This document shows, piece by piece, positions 34,736 to 49,500 of a stretch of DNA of 64,000 bases. Each line of letters begins with the position of its first letter. Position 1 is the stretch's first letter. Source of the DNA: Blasia pusilla (taxonomy: Eukaryota); assembly GCA_050084515.1 (NCBI GenBank), contig CM114271.1, forward strand, positions 15,438,001 through 15,502,000. Direction: 5' to 3'. The notes beneath the pieces are model-generated. The model saw nothing but the letters and a program-made list of their open reading frames with translations. It searched no databases and had not been told where the DNA came from. Position numbers and translations under genes: made by a program.

Positions 34736-37700
34736 ATGACGACACTATGGAGATTACTGATTTTGCTGTTGACCCTTATGGTGGTCACAGCAGTTGTAGC
34801 AGGGACAGTCACATCCCCGCCAGGAATCCCTGGTTGTACTTGTGAAGATGATGTTTGGGGAGCGGTTGATGAAGGAATGACGCGCTGCCAGCTAGCCAGC
34901 GATTTCCTAATCGCATTGGCCTACTTCTCCATTCCATTGGAGCTCGTTTATTTTGTGAGCTGCTCTCACATGTTCCCCTTCCGATGGGTCATCATACAAT
35001 TTGGGTCATTCATTGTGCTGTGTGGGTTGACCCATTTCATTGCCATATGGACGTATGGACCCCACTCTTACTCTGTTGTCGTGGCACAGACTGTCCTGAA
35101 GATTCTCACAGCTGTGGTCTCTTGTGCTACTGCTATTACCCTTGTTCATATCATCCCAGAACTTCTACATGTGAAGGTGCGTGAGCTTTTCCTGAAGCAC
35201 AAAGCTGCAGAATTGGACAGGGAAATGGATATCATCAAAACACAGGAGGAGGTTGGCCGGCATGTGAGGATGTTGACTCATGAGATTCGTAGTACTTTGG
35301 ATCGACACACAATTCTCAATACCACGCTCATTGAGCTTGCAAAAACTTTGAGTCTTGAGAATTGTACAGTGTGGATGCCCAACGATGATGGTAATGCACT
35401 GGAGTTGACGCATGAATTGGAAAGGAGGTTGGTACAAGTTCCTATAACCATCCCTGCTGGAGATTCTTCAGTCCAGAATATCGTGCAAACTAGGGCTGCT
35501 GTGATGATTCCCCCCACCTGTGCTTTAGGGAAAGAAAGCAATCATTGCCTGCTCTCAGGGGGCATGGCGGCTGTTCGGCTGCCTTTGCTACACGTTTCAA
35601 ATTTCAAAGGGGGAACCCCTGAGACTTTTCATGCTTCTTATGCTATCCTGGTACTTGTTTTACCAAGCGAGAGCGGGCGCCAGTGGAGACCCCATGAGCT
35701 TGAAATGGTAGAGGTGGTTGCAGATCAGGTGGGAGCCGAAAATCAATTGCATTTTTTGCTACTTCTGCAAGTGTTCTGTTGTTTTGTATGGATTTGTTGC
35801 CACTGGTCTTGCGGTGCCTTTTTTTTGGGTCTTTTGGTGATTTCGAAACAGCCAATTATGATATAGTGGAGGAATTATTCGACTGTGAGCCGCACTCTCT
35901 TGTGTTTTTGTTAAACAAATTGTGTGATAGTTCAGCGTAGCATGTATGTCATTCTGAACAAGTGCAATTTGAAGATCATATTGTCCAGGTTGCTGTTGCA
36001 CTATCACATGCAGCAGTGTTGGAAGACTCACAGAGAACAAGAGACAAGCTGGTGGAGCAAAACAAAGCTTTGCAGCAAGCAAGACAAGATGCAGAGACAG
36101 CTATCCGGGCAAGAAATGATTTCCTAGCAGTGATGAACCACGAAATGCGCACTCCAATGCATGCAATCATTGCACTTTCATCTCTACTTCAGGAAGGAAA
36201 CCTGAGCCTTGAGCAGCGTGCCATGGTGGATACAGTTGTCAAAAGCAGCAGCCTACTTTCGACTTTAATCAATGATGTGCTGGATTTTTCAAGATTGGAA
36301 GATGGAAGTTTGGTTCTAGAGCTCGGTCCATTTGATCTGCCTACAGTTCTGAGGGAAGCTGGGAATTTGGCTAAACCTATGGCAAGGGGGAAAGGCCTGG
36401 ATTTCTACTTTGAGATTGCAGACGATGTTCCGACTCATGTAATTGGTGATGAGAAAAGGCTCCTACAAACTTCGCTGAATGTAATAGGTAATGCTGTCAA
36501 GTTCACAAAATCTGGATATGTGTCTGTGTTGGTCACTGTGGACAAAGGTGAAGGGAGATGGGATCCTCTTAATCCCAGCTGGAGGCCCTCTTTGTGTGAA
36601 GGTTATGTGTACATTCGAATTGAGGTACAGGACACAGGGCTTGGAGTCAGGGAGAGTGATATTCCTCGACTATTTCACAAGTTTGTACAGGCAGACAGCA
36701 CCACCACGAGGAACTATGGTGGGACAGGCTTGGGACTCGCCATCTGCAAGAAGTTTGTGCAGGTAAGAGTTTCTCTTTTACTTAGAGAGTTTGTGCAGGT
36801 CGGGTGTATACATCAAGCCATGGTCCTTCTTGTGGTGGGTCACTTTGTTGGTGATCCTTACAACATATATACTTTCAAGGCTTTTTTGACCATTTTAGAA
36901 AATTGGTCTTTGTAAGTTTTAGGAAATAAGGATTTTGAATTCTATGAGAGGGGTGGTCATAACGGAGTAGGTTTTAAAACTTTGAGCCTGAAGTGTCGTG
37001 ATTTCTTATGTAAGTAGATCAAATTCCTTAAAAGGAATGAAACTGGTCCAAGAATTGCGAGTTGTTGACATTCATGTGGGGTGCACTTTTCTTTGTGAAA
37101 TCAGAGGGTCAACGCCTGTTGGGCATTTCTGTAGATACAGTGATCTTTTGGCCAGATTTAGCAATAAGAGTTTTGGAGAAGTTCAATCGAAGGATGCCTT
37201 GTTTAGTGGGAACCTTCACCTAAGAAATAACTCTTGTCTCCCCTCAATCTTGCAGCTTATGCACGGCCACATTTGGATTGAAAGTGAAGGCTTGGGCAAG
37301 GGGTCTACTGTGACATTCATCATTAGGCTGCAACTATTGCCCATTCCAGGGAAGCGGGAGAGAATATCTCGGGAAGAACAGTTGGCCAACAAAGTGGACT
37401 TAAAAGGATTGAGAGTGCTCGTAACAGACGACAACAGTGTCAATCGCATTGTGACACGGAGATTATTAGATCGGTTAGGCTGTCAAACAACAGTAGTTGA
37501 GTCAGGGCACCAATGCCTGGCAACTCTATCACAACCAGGCAGTTCCTTTGAGGTGCTCTTACTGGATCTATGCATGCCAGAGATGGATGGATACGAAGTT
37601 GCAATGCGAATTCGTCAGAGATTTCGGCCAGAGGATCGACCTCTAGTGGTGGCTCTCACTGCCAATACAGATAAGGATACTCGAGATCGATGCTTACAAA

Positions 37701-37804
37701 TTGGGATGGATGGTGTTGTTCTGAAACCAATCTCCTTAGGGGACATGAGTTCAGAGCTTTGCAAGCTCCTGAGAAAAGCCCCTCACAATGGAACATCTAG
37801 GTAG
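34736..37804 (+). CDS. ETR: Ethylene receptor (ETR family hybrid histidine kinase), about 771 aa; exons 34736-35728, 35989-36762, 37256-37804
   Basis: Ethylene-binding domain [16 protein letters not shown]...[12 protein letters not shown] domain, H-box MNHEMRTP, N-box GNAVKF, G1 DTGLG, G2 GGTGLGL and receiver LLDLCMP. Two GT-AG introns; the exons sum to 2316 nt in frame. Confidence 0.95.
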
Positions 37805-40800
37805 CATCCAACCTGGTCAAGAATTTGGCCTTTTGTACCATACTCCACATTTTTCGCACCCAGGCAAAGAAAACTTTGGAGCAAGTTATGTTTTGGATAC
37901 CTTTGTCCATGTGTCCAGGGATTACTCCCTTTGTGCTTCCAACAGAAATTAATTATATTCCTGGGTAGTGTGGGCAGTGGCCCTATGATGCCAGTGTTCT
38001 GGTTTTGTCCATCTCCTCGCCAAATGAGGGTGGTGGGCTGTTCGAGTTCAGTATTTTTGGAACAAGAAGGGATAGGATTGGGATGGCGATGGATCCTCAA
38101 GCAGACTAACGCAACTGGGTGCAATGCCAGAAATTGTGATGCGCTAACAGTGACAGTTGAGCATGAGATGGGTATGGAAACGGGGCAATCAATTGCAAAA
38201 CATTGTAACCAAGAACAGGAAATTGTGGGTCTGGGACTTTGGTTGATTGGCACTTCAACCCATCACTTCTAATGACACATTGTTATCATGGTCTTTGTTC
38301 ACTTTCCATTCATTCTGGTACCCATCATGTGCCTCTCCCATCCTTAGCCAGGTGGTCTGCTCATCCTTCCCTTGAAGCAATGCCTTTTTGACCTCTTAGT
38401 TCCCAATTACTTGCACTCCCGAATCCTTTCGGTTTCATCCAGTCCAGATCTTAGTGTTTCTCTGTAGTCTTGCGAGGATGGAGAAAATTCCTCCGCGGAC
38501 ATTTCGAGAGAGTACTCATTGTGATGCAGCTCAGACCTCACTGGAGATGATAAGGGAGTGATTGAGTGTCACCTCTTAGGATTGGGCTTGGTCCTCATGT
38601 TTGTACTTCTGGACTTCATATGTGGGGATGATTGGTGCTTTTCTAAACCCCATAGCTCTTCTCCTAGGCCCCTAATGAACCCTTTCAAATAGAGACTCAG
38701 AAGTACTCCTATCCTTCTCATGTGGAGGTCATGTGTGCTTGTATTCACATGGAGGCTTCCTAGACCCGAATCTCTTCCTCCCTCCAATTTTGCACACCCG
38801 CATCCTTCATTCATTGTTCTATTGATGGCTGCTTAGACCCAAAATTCTTCCTCCTTCCAATTTTAGAGCACATAAATCCATCATTCACTCTTTAATTGAT
38901 GAATGAGGACTAAGGTTTCCTTTAATGTCTATCTTTGTTAAAGTATCAGTATTTAGTTATAATAAATTCATTCATTTTAGTTATGATTTTTAATGTAAAT
39001 AAACATATATATTAGTTAACATGCTCGTGTTAAAAGAGGGGTTTAGAAAAAATATTAGAAAAAAAATCATTCTACTGGAAACATTGTTCACTCTTAAAGA
39101 GTAGTGGAGGTTTTTCTTAAACATGTCATTCCTCATTCTCCACTTTTCGACAACCTTGGTACTTCCTCCAATAATATCACTTCCTTCCCCCAAAGATTTT
39201 TGTTTCCTAGGTCCTTACCAACATGCAACCTTGAGGGACAAAATAGTACCATGTTATTTTATATTAATGTGTCACTATTTTGTCTTATTCTGCATGTAAG
39301 GTCATTATAATACATACTTTTGGAATGAAAATCTACTCTACTAAAGGAGGATAGGTTTGTGATTTGTAAGACTATTGTTATTTGACACACAATATTATAG
39401 GAATATATTTCCATGATATGCACGAAAATAAAATCTTAAAGAATATAGTTGCGAGTATCAAGTTTTGGACATATTCTAAACTAATTTATTATATGTGCTG
39501 ATTAGGAGTATGGATGATAATCAAGATGGCTGCCCAAATATTACAGAGTAAAATTGAAAATCCGAATCTATATTGTTAATTGTAAGTGGCTCTTCAAATT
39601 TCAAACTTCTTTCTTGTTGCCATGTGACATTTTTAACCATTCACATCTTGATATGTGTACTTGAAAAATTTGAAATGAAATTTGAATCCAATGAAGTTAG
39701 AGGTAAGATTTGGGGTTAATTAGGGTCATGGGGGGTATATTTGGGGCCATTTTCTCAGGTTGATGATGTGTAATTCAAATTCCCATAATTCATCCCTCCC
39801 GCGGATTGCATCGGTACCTGCAAGTTCTCTACCATGTCAACACGAAAATTCGTGCATGAGATATTTGTGCCCCCTACATATTCAAAATTGTTTGCTTCTC
39901 CTTTCCTTTCTTCTTCTAGTAGTTATTTGCATAAAGCTTTGTCTCGTTGGAAATTAATCATTTCTTTCTTCTCCTTATCCATTTTCATCTTCTTCTCTAG
40001 AAAAACTATCCCTTTTCTTTCACCTACCCTCATTTGATATATGTTTTTACAATTTTTTCTTCCTCTCTTTTATCAAAAATCTCATTAGAAATTCCTTATT
40101 AAACCTAAGACTTGTGGGATGAAGAGAAAAATTGAACGAATGCAAAGAGGTAGCGAGAAAAATAATATAGATATTTATACGGGTTTCTTGGTAAAACCAA
40201 AGGAGAGATGAGAAAGATGAGGACTAAGTTTACGTTGATTATCCTTAACTTCCAATATTTATTTGAAGTTAGTTACTTGACATACATTGTTTATAAAAGT
40301 TGAAAAAAATAAAGCAAATTCTTTTGTGAATAAACCTCAATTGATGTCCTTAAGATGATAATAAAATATATTTGCATTTCATGGAGCATTGTGTTGTGGA
40401 TATGATAGGTGTGATAATAAAATTTTTAGCTTAAAAATAAAATAGTGTCCTTATGCCCTCCAAAGTTTCAAAAATTTAATGAAACCATGGATTTATGGTT
40501 GGAAATTTGTCGAATTTGTATTGAACAATGACATGCGGCCAAAAATTCTTTCATTCATAGAGTTATTGCACCATCCCAAGGGAGTGTTCCTCATTGTTGA
40601 TCTAGAGCTTGTATAGTTGTGAATGTATGTGTAAGTAATTAGCGGGAGTCGCAATCGAGGATCTTAGAGTTGAAAAAAATGGATCCCAACAGACTAGCCC
40701 CATCCATCTTTAAAACCACTCCATTTTTTTTCATGTTCATTGGAAATATGATTTCAAAAAAAGATACCAACTGATTTTATGTCATTGTGTGATAGGATCT

Positions 40801-42001
40801 GAAGCGAGGATGTGATGTCTTGTGATAAGAGAGATATGATTAAGGGAGATGTCTTATGTTGATGACATCATTCTCCAACTTTTCAATGCATCAATATAAT
40901 GCGTGTTTGTCCAAATTTTATGAGCTTTCTACTTAAGGAATCTCCATGATATGAATACCCATTGCCGTTAGAAATTGAACATTTTTTTCAAGATTAGTAA
41001 AAAAATGATTAAATTTTTGAAATTTCCTAGTAAAACCTATGAATTTCATGGTAGGTAGTGTTGGTTGAGTTGTTGAGTCATATAGGTGTGTTTCCACTAT
41101 TCATGGAAACTTTACTAAAAAATTGATGTTGTACACATGCACATTGCTACTCAATCCACATCGCTTGTCACATTTTCCCAAGACACAAATGGATCCACAT
41201 ACAAACAAAATATACTTATGCATATACACCAATATCATGCAAAAAAAATAAAAATGGCTCATAAGGCCAACTTTACTATTGAATCTATACGTGATATCAA
41301 GCCACATCCATCCTCCGCCATGCAGGAGTTTGAACTATATCATCCAAGGTCCTACCAAACACTAAGTAAGGGAGTTGCTCCAAAGGATCAACACTAGAAA
41401 TATAGCTTGTGAAACCCTCTCTCCCTCTCTTATAACCTTTGGAAAGAAGCAAAAGCGCCAAACGGTAACCTATATACACATTTTATCAAATGATCTTTGA
41501 CTTGATCAACACGTTACGTGGTGGAAAATAGCAAAAGAGGGAAAATTTCAAAAATAATGATCTTGACGCAACGGACATATCGCCAACCTCATCCAACACC
41601 TTATGGCAAAGTTATGCCCAAATAGTCCCTTGACCTTCTATGTCATCGAGATGGTGGAGACATTGACAACAAGATGATATGATTGAGTGTAAGGGTAACG
41701 CTCAATTGATAGACTTTTGGGTCAAATCCCAATACATGAAATCAAGATAGAGTGCGTTTATACAAATGGTGAATCTTTGGTTGGAGGTAGAATAGGAGAG
41801 TCCATATTCCCTCATGATGGATGTGACTTGTTGAGTATACTTACCATTTGGTGTGGAGTTAGCCACGTGAGCCATCCTTAATTCAATTTTTTTTGTGTGG
41901 TTTTGATGTACATTCATGATTGTATTGATGTGTGTATATGAATCTTTCTAAGTAGTGAGAAGATCGACAATATGTGTGGTGTGCACTCCTACTAGGAAGC
42001 A

Positions 42002-42166
<165 letters not shown>

Positions 42167-42803
42167 TTTTGAACTAATAATTCTGGAAAAAAATTATAAC
42201 GCTATGAATTCCACTCATCTACATGTCTTTGAACATCAATAATTTTCTCCTACCCCAAAGAATATCAAGACTTAGGTCCACTATAAAAGAAACTAGTTGC
42301 AAAGTTAGGAGAGGAGTTCCAAAAAGTTGGGAGAAAAAGTGGAAATAGGGCGGTTTAGAGGTAAAATTGGAATTAATGCACGTCGCTTCAATATTTGCAA
42401 GTGCCTTTGCAAGTGATAAGAAAGTCTATTTTGAGTGTAATTCCAAGTTTTTTGCAAGTCATTTACAATGCCCGATACTTGCACTTTGCGAGTAATTTGG
42501 GGGGCACACTAAAAAATCTCAGTGCGAGGTTTAGCTTAAGAAGACCCATATAGACGTGCCTCATTCAAAAATTATGTTGGAGCAATCAATGGTTTCCTAT
42601 ATATATATATTCATTCCAAATTTGAGATTAGCTTTTATTGGATTCTTAACATCCACTCCTCTGAGCACAATTGATTTGATCGGCCCCCTTGTATGAGGAG
42701 AAGCCTAGATCGATGGTTCCGACTTAGACGTCAAAGGAGTCATAGTAATATGACGTAGGTGGTTTACGGAGTAGCGTTACTAGGTTTATCTAACCCTATA
42801 TTG

Positions 42804-42828
42804 CATCAGGGTGCGGGGCACCCTGATG
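42804..42828. other. Perfect 11-bp GC-rich hairpin, possible Helitron 3' subterminal hairpin
   Basis: CATCAGGGTGC-GGG-GCACCCTGATG, with CTAG about 20 nt away on the left side. Confidence 0.3.
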
Positions 42829-45800
42829 AAAATTTTTTCTATTAATAGAAACGAAGAAAAATAGGTAAAAACCCTAGTTTTCCCGAGTAGTCAAATAGTC
42901 GGGAGCCGCAGCGGTAGCGCATTCTCGTATGTCGAGTTATCTCCCAGTTTAGGTTCCATCGAAGCTCTTCAGTGAGCGCACGGACGGACTAGGCCATTTT
43001 GTATCTCTAAGTTTTGTAAAGATTTCAGTGATTTCGTCACTTTCTGTTTTCTCACAACTTTGGCATGCCAAGGTTAAGTTTCAATGCCCCTACAACTCCT
43101 TGGTTCCATTTTCCTCTTGTATTGACATCCGTGTTGCAAAATCACAAACCTACAGGGCATGCCAATGCTATGTCATGGATGAAGGCTTTGCTTTCAACAT
43201 TACAATTGGATTTTCCTTTTTGATTTAAGGAAAATTAATCTCGTAATTAAGATCTCAATTTCCAAATGAATTTTGATAATAAGGCGATACAAAGCCCACG
43301 CCGCGTTTCCATTTTTTTCTTCTTTGAAGATCCGAGTCTTTACAAACATGCCATAAATTAACTTAAATGGTAGAGTTTTGTGGGGATGTAAAATTTTCCC
43401 CTCTATACACGTTCTTGCCATGGGATGTTCTTGCCCACAGGTACAACACATGGAAGGTATGTTCATTTTTGTTGGGATCAAACATGAGATAGGGTTGAGA
43501 AATTATGGGATGGAGCGTGTTTTAGATGCTTCTAATTTCATGTGATGGGAGTTTTTTCCTCGTCGATGCTAACAAGTTTGGGCACCCTTGTTGATGTCAG
43601 CACATTTTCACAATTAATTCTCCAAGGTGATTTTGGGGTGGAATATAAATAAGTCTTACCATAAGTTTGAGTGGAGGAAAAAAATAAAAATAAAAATAAA
43701 AAGTGGATGGGTGTGTGTGAAATAGGAGAAAAAAATAATAGCCAATGAAGAAAAATAGTTGGAGGAATGTCTATTTTTTTGTTTTGTTTTAGAGAAGTCT
43801 TTATAGATATGCATAATCAAGTTTGTATTGCTTGGAGAGAAGAATCCTTGGGGGCAAACGATGTAAATTGAAACCTAAAACTCCTTTTAAATCCACCAAT
43901 TGCATTGAAATGTAAGAGAATGATTATCACTACTAGAGATGAGAGGCATACATTTGTCATCTTGTGAGTCATTTTGTTGGGTTTACAACTAGTTTGCTAG
44001 TTCACTTCATGTGAGAAATTTTTGAGCCCTTTACGAGACTAGTATGAAATGCGGCCATTTTCGGAGACTATTCCAAACTTTGCGAATCCTACAAGACGCA
44101 AAGGACTAGAAAACATCTATTATTGAGATTTTCGAGTGTGCCTCACAATTGACTTGTATAGTGTGAGTAACAAACAACGTGTGAGTATGTTTTATTAGGA
44201 ATTTCGTTGTTGCAAGAAAAGGAAAGAAGAATAGGAAGACAAAATTTATTTCAAAGTATAAGGAATTTATTTTCATTGGGAATTTGAATTATGCATTAAA
44301 TAAATAATATTTTCACATTCAAAAATAGTTATTCGTTATTGGAAGTTCACGTTAGAAATCATATGTGTTCAAATCAAGAAGTCATTCTCTTCTACTAGTA
44401 TAGAAAAAAAACCAATTTAAAACTTATTTTATTTTTTGTGGATATTAAATTTGGGCAGTTGGAAATGGGTTTGCCGATAGTCCTCAAAATCCTTACATCC
44501 CAAACAGTTGCAAGGATTTTAGGCTTTTTTCATATTCTTCTAACTACTTTAATGATACATATAAAAAAGACCTTTCTTAAAAGCATGCCATGATCTTCAA
44601 ACCAAAGAAGAAGATACCGCACCACAACAATTTGAGGAAGGGATTTTTGTGATTAAAAATTAAAAGAAATTTGAAAATATCATCCAAAAAAGATTGAAAT
44701 TGATGTATGGTAGGATATATGTTAAAAAAATCAGAAAAAAGGAAAATAAAGAAAGAAATTAAGTACGCGCTCAAGTAACCCCCAAAGATAAAATCACAAA
44801 ATAAATAAATGATGTCGATAGCATGTTGTGTTTTCACACAACATTCACACGATCTCGACAAGAGAAGACGGGGAACCTATTTGAAATACAAAAAGGGAAG
44901 AATCATACAGTATAGAATAGGGTCGGGGTAGTTTATTCGAGAAAACCGATACATTTCCGGTATATGTAAAACAAGATGGTATATTTTGACGTTTCTTAAA
45001 ACTCCTGCCGGATATCCCGATACTAATACAAAGGAGACCATGTATTTCCCCACAGTGTTTGAGAATCGGAAACAAACATTCTGTAATTTATCGGGCTAGC
45101 TCAACACGCAACCCCGGTTCTCCCCGATCATCGGTAGTGAGGTCGCGGCAAAGGAAAAAGGAGACCCCTAAAAGCCAAAGGGAAATCTTCTAAAAACAAT
45201 TTGAAAAAAGATTTTATGCAAATCCAAGCAAGGGGATAGTGGGAGTTTATAATATTAACGAAACACATGGGACTTAAAAGTTCGATAAGAAGTGAAGCAC
45301 CATAACTACTCTACACCTTACCTTGTCCGTGAGATTATTTCCAAATAAGTATTAGACGGTGCCGATAGAGGGACTAGGCAGAAAATATTCAGGTGAAGAT
45401 CACTCTTTGGCTGTGCATAGCACGGGTGCAGTATTAATAACGGGGAAGTACAAAAGCGGGACCGAAAGAAGCATGGAACAGCGAGGGCCGACAATGCCGG
45501 TCGGGGGCGGATGGTTCCATTGGCTCGCAACAACAAAAATAGTAAAAATGAGACAGAAAGGAAAAATGGCCGCCGGAGCTACTCCAAAGTCGGCGAGAGA
45601 TCGCGCCGGCGGTCCCGGCAGTTAGAGGGAGAGGCAATGATTCGTCCATCCATGTTCTCCTAAGTAAGCGCCCTTCTTCCGCGCACGCGAACCCGATTTC
45701 TCCCATCTCCCATCTCCGGAGAGAGAGAGAGAGACAGCGAGCGAGAGGACGAAGAACGGCAGGTGAAGAGGGTGGGGCCGCAAAAGTTGGTGGGAGCAGA

Positions 45801-46543
45801 CGGAAGTGAAGGGTGAGGATGGCGATTTGGAGAATCTTCCCCGAATTCTGCAGTCGGGCTCTCGGCAGAACACGAGCACGCACACACGCAATCTGCATGG
45901 CTGCACCGGACGAGAGGGAGATGATCCGAGAATAAAACGGGATGCAGCAGAGTCCCACCGCACTTTGTACGGCAGAGAAGCCGTTGGCCCCTGTAGATTT
46001 CTGGGAATTGCTGGCGGGCCATTAGCAGAGAATCGATCGGGTGGATTGCAATCGCCTGTGGTCGTGAGGACGGCATTCCGTGTGCTCCTCCTCGCGCGCG
46101 GGTCGATCAATCACAAGGCTCCTCCCCTCCCCGTTTGAGGTTGTGAAGCCAGGGACGTCCCTTTTTCACTCCCCTGTTGGATTCCGCATTCCCAGCCAGG
46201 GACGTTCCTTTTTCCGTCCCCTGTAGCCTTTTTGCACGGACCCTGAATTTCGTGATTTCTAGGAGGAGGAGGAAGAGGTTACTGGAGGAAGGCCGACAGC
46301 GATCGATCGTCGTGTGGAGGCCACGGGAAATTTCTTGTGTGGGGCAATTGGCGTGGGAGAGTCGGGAAATCTTTTGTTGGGGGAAGGGAAGGGAAGGGAA
46401 GGGAGGGTGTGGTATATGAGTTGATATGTTGATTTGAGAGAAGAGGGGGTGGGAATTCCGAGGGCGGAAGAGTGTGGAGAATTTGAATTCCGGGGTCGAG
46501 AACAGAGGGAAGAATTCGTGTGTGAGGAGGAGAGGGGGAGGAG

Positions 46544-49500
46544 ATGGCATTGTCGGCGGTGGGGAAGGTGGGTTTGGTTGGTTTGACGAAAAATGGTGTA
46601 GCAGTGGAGGGGAGATGTGCGTCCAGCTCCCGCAGCAGTGGAGAAATGGCGAGTGCCCAGGCCTCTAAGGGCTTTGCGGCATTTCAAGGCCTGAAAGCGT
46701 CGACTGCTCGTCACGAGACATCCCATCAACAATCAGTGCAGGCCTTTCTGCCCAAGAAGGTCCGAAGCGAGCCGAGGCAGAAGGAGCTGGGATTTGTGAT
46801 CGTCGCTGCAGGAGGCATGAGTGTAATCTTCGTGTCTTCAGAAGTGGCACCATGGAGTAAGACTGGAGGTCTCGGCGATGTGCTCGGAGGGCTTCCACCT
46901 GCTCTGGCTGTAAGCTCCCCCCCCCACCACCCCATCACTACGCACGTGCGCAGAGTTCCTCTCACCAAGTCCATGAATTTGTTTGTAACGGCTCAGAGTC
47001 TCAGAGCGACGCTACGAATGCACGTTATGCAATCGTTTGCTCTCAAATTCTCCTGGAATGCTCGTGGTGAAATGTCTCCATGCTGACGTCCGGTTGCTCT
47101 CCTCGAGGTCGCATTATGTCATTTTCGATGTGAGATGTCTGCCTTCTCTGTCTTCCACAACTCGGGTACTTCGGACATTACAGAGGACGTGATGGGCTCA
47201 CGTCCTCGGTAAATTTTGCGAGTTTCGATTCGTCCATCGATTCTGAGTATGAATTTGGTTGGAGCTACCATTTCTTAAGGAACATCAGATTTGCCTGCTC
47301 CAGCTCGCGTTACAGGTTTTGCATGTCATTTTGGGTGGTGAGCCATCCCAACCTCTGCAGGTTCCAGTTGCGGGAATTATCCCCATCGTCACTTATCAGT
47401 TGCTGAATTATGTCATCCTCACCAACACTTCATCGCCCGTCGTCATCCCTTGCTTGCCAGTAGACTACTGGATTCGATTGCACGGTCGTTGTGGAAAGAG
47501 AATCCAGGTCTTCATCGACATAGGAAACTGGAAGCCCAGACATTTAAGATGCTCAAATACAGATGCTCTTTGGTCTCCATGAGCTCGTGTGAGTGTGATA
47601 GCATGCATGTCGCCATCACTAGAATCAGTGTTCTCTGCAGATTCTTTTTGGTGTGCTGATTTCCGTCCCTCTCGATTCTTGGCAATGACAGGCTCGGGGG
47701 CACCGCGTCATGACTGTGTCACCCCGTTATGATCAGTACAAGGATGCCTGGGACACGGATACCACGATCGAGGTTTGTGTTTTGTGGTTTTTGGAGTTCC
47801 AGAGTTGGTCTACAGACTGAGTAGTCGAGTGCGAGAGAGCTTGAAAAAATTCTTCTTCAAGTGGGCTCTCTTAGAGGTTGATAACGCTTGGGACTACATG
47901 TGATCCGTTGGGTGTGCCGATGCAGGTGAAGGTGGGCGACAAAATGGAGAAGGTGCGGTTGTTCCACACTTTCAAACGTGGAGTGGACCGTTTGTTTGTG
48001 GATCACCCTATTTTCTTAGCCAAGGTACCTCGTCGTTGGGATCGTACGCTTCCAAATTGGATTTCTTGCAGTTAAGTGAAGGAAGTCGCAACCCTTCCCC
48101 ACTCTGTTCTGTGATCGCTCTGTAGGATCGTGACATTGCCTGCGTCCTTTCAGGTTTGGGGAAAGACGGGTGGCAAAATCTATGGTCCAGAGACAGGAGT
48201 GGACTACCAAGACAATCAGCTACGGTTCAGTCTGTTTGCTCAGGTTCCCCTCCCCACCCATTCTGCCACAGCGAATGCTAACGAGTGATTGCATTTAAGG
48301 GGTCTCAGGGCTTTGTAAGTAAATCGTTCAGGAAGCATGCCGAACGGAGAACGCAAAGAAATTAAAACTTTTTGGTTGGCAACAGTATATCGGAATCATG
48401 TTTCGATGTACTCTAGGTGTTGAATCTCAACTAGCTCGTGCTCTATACACATCCTTTCGATTCTCTCGGGGTGGAAGTCCGAGCTTTGAAGGATATCATG
48501 GGGTTGTCAGATCTTCGTGGTTTGAAGACGTTTGGAGACTTTATGAGAGACTTATAGAGGAGCTGGCTTCAGGAAGAGAAGAGAGCACCCAGTTAACCAT
48601 TGTCGTTGGGTCAGCGGTAAGTAGCAGCAGCAGCATATGAAGTGTGATTTGTCGTCATGCAATGCAGGCTGCGATTGAAGCGGCACGCGTGTTGAGTCTC
48701 GACAGCAACCCGTACTTCAGTGGACCTTACGGTGGGGATCCATGAGTGTTGATCGTTCCTCCGACTTCTCCCCATCGTGTTAGTTCTCACGTGAAGATTT
48801 AGCACTGAGACTCTCATGAAGGATTGTTCAGATTGGTTTCATGGCGCCAAAGATATCTCAGTGCTTCATGATTCTATGCCATTCGAGAAGCTTAACACTT
48901 TCTAAATCATGCTGTTGATAGGTAGGACAGGATGAAATATAGAAGAAACAAGTTCTGTTTTGTCGGTCCAAGGACATTTTCCGGAGGTGGACTAAGAGCC
49001 AAACGAAACTTGTTGTCAGTGTGTCGATTCTGAAGCTCATTTTAAATTCATTCTGTAGACAATCAGAGCTAGTCTGGAGGTCAAAGTGATTGGATGCTGT
49101 TAACTTCGCCCAGGGTCGACAATAGGTTGTCAATGAAAGATTGATTTACATATTTCTGCATACATTTAGAGTCGCAGGAGATTCCTGAAGTGAGTCTTCT
49201 AAAGGTGACACGCTTCTGGTTCGCTTGTTGAGCGCAGGCGAAGATGTCATTTTTGTTGCAAATGACTGGCACACAGCACTCCTTCCTTGCTACCTGAAAG
49301 CCAATTACAAGTCCCAGGGACAATTTAAGAATGCTAAGGTTGCCACATGTTCCTTTCCCTACTTCCCTTCTTTGATGAACGATTTTTTCTTTTTGAATTC
49401 GATATCTACACCAGCCGCACATCAAGCATATTCATGTGTAGTTGGTGTACGCTGTAGGTGGCCTTCTGTGTGCATAATATTGCATATCAAGGAAGATTTG

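Noticed and set aside
45318-46550. Several overlapping ORFs of up to about 175 aa upstream of GBSS
   Set aside because: No recognisable domains; such ORFs are expected by chance in a GC-rich promoter/5' UTR.
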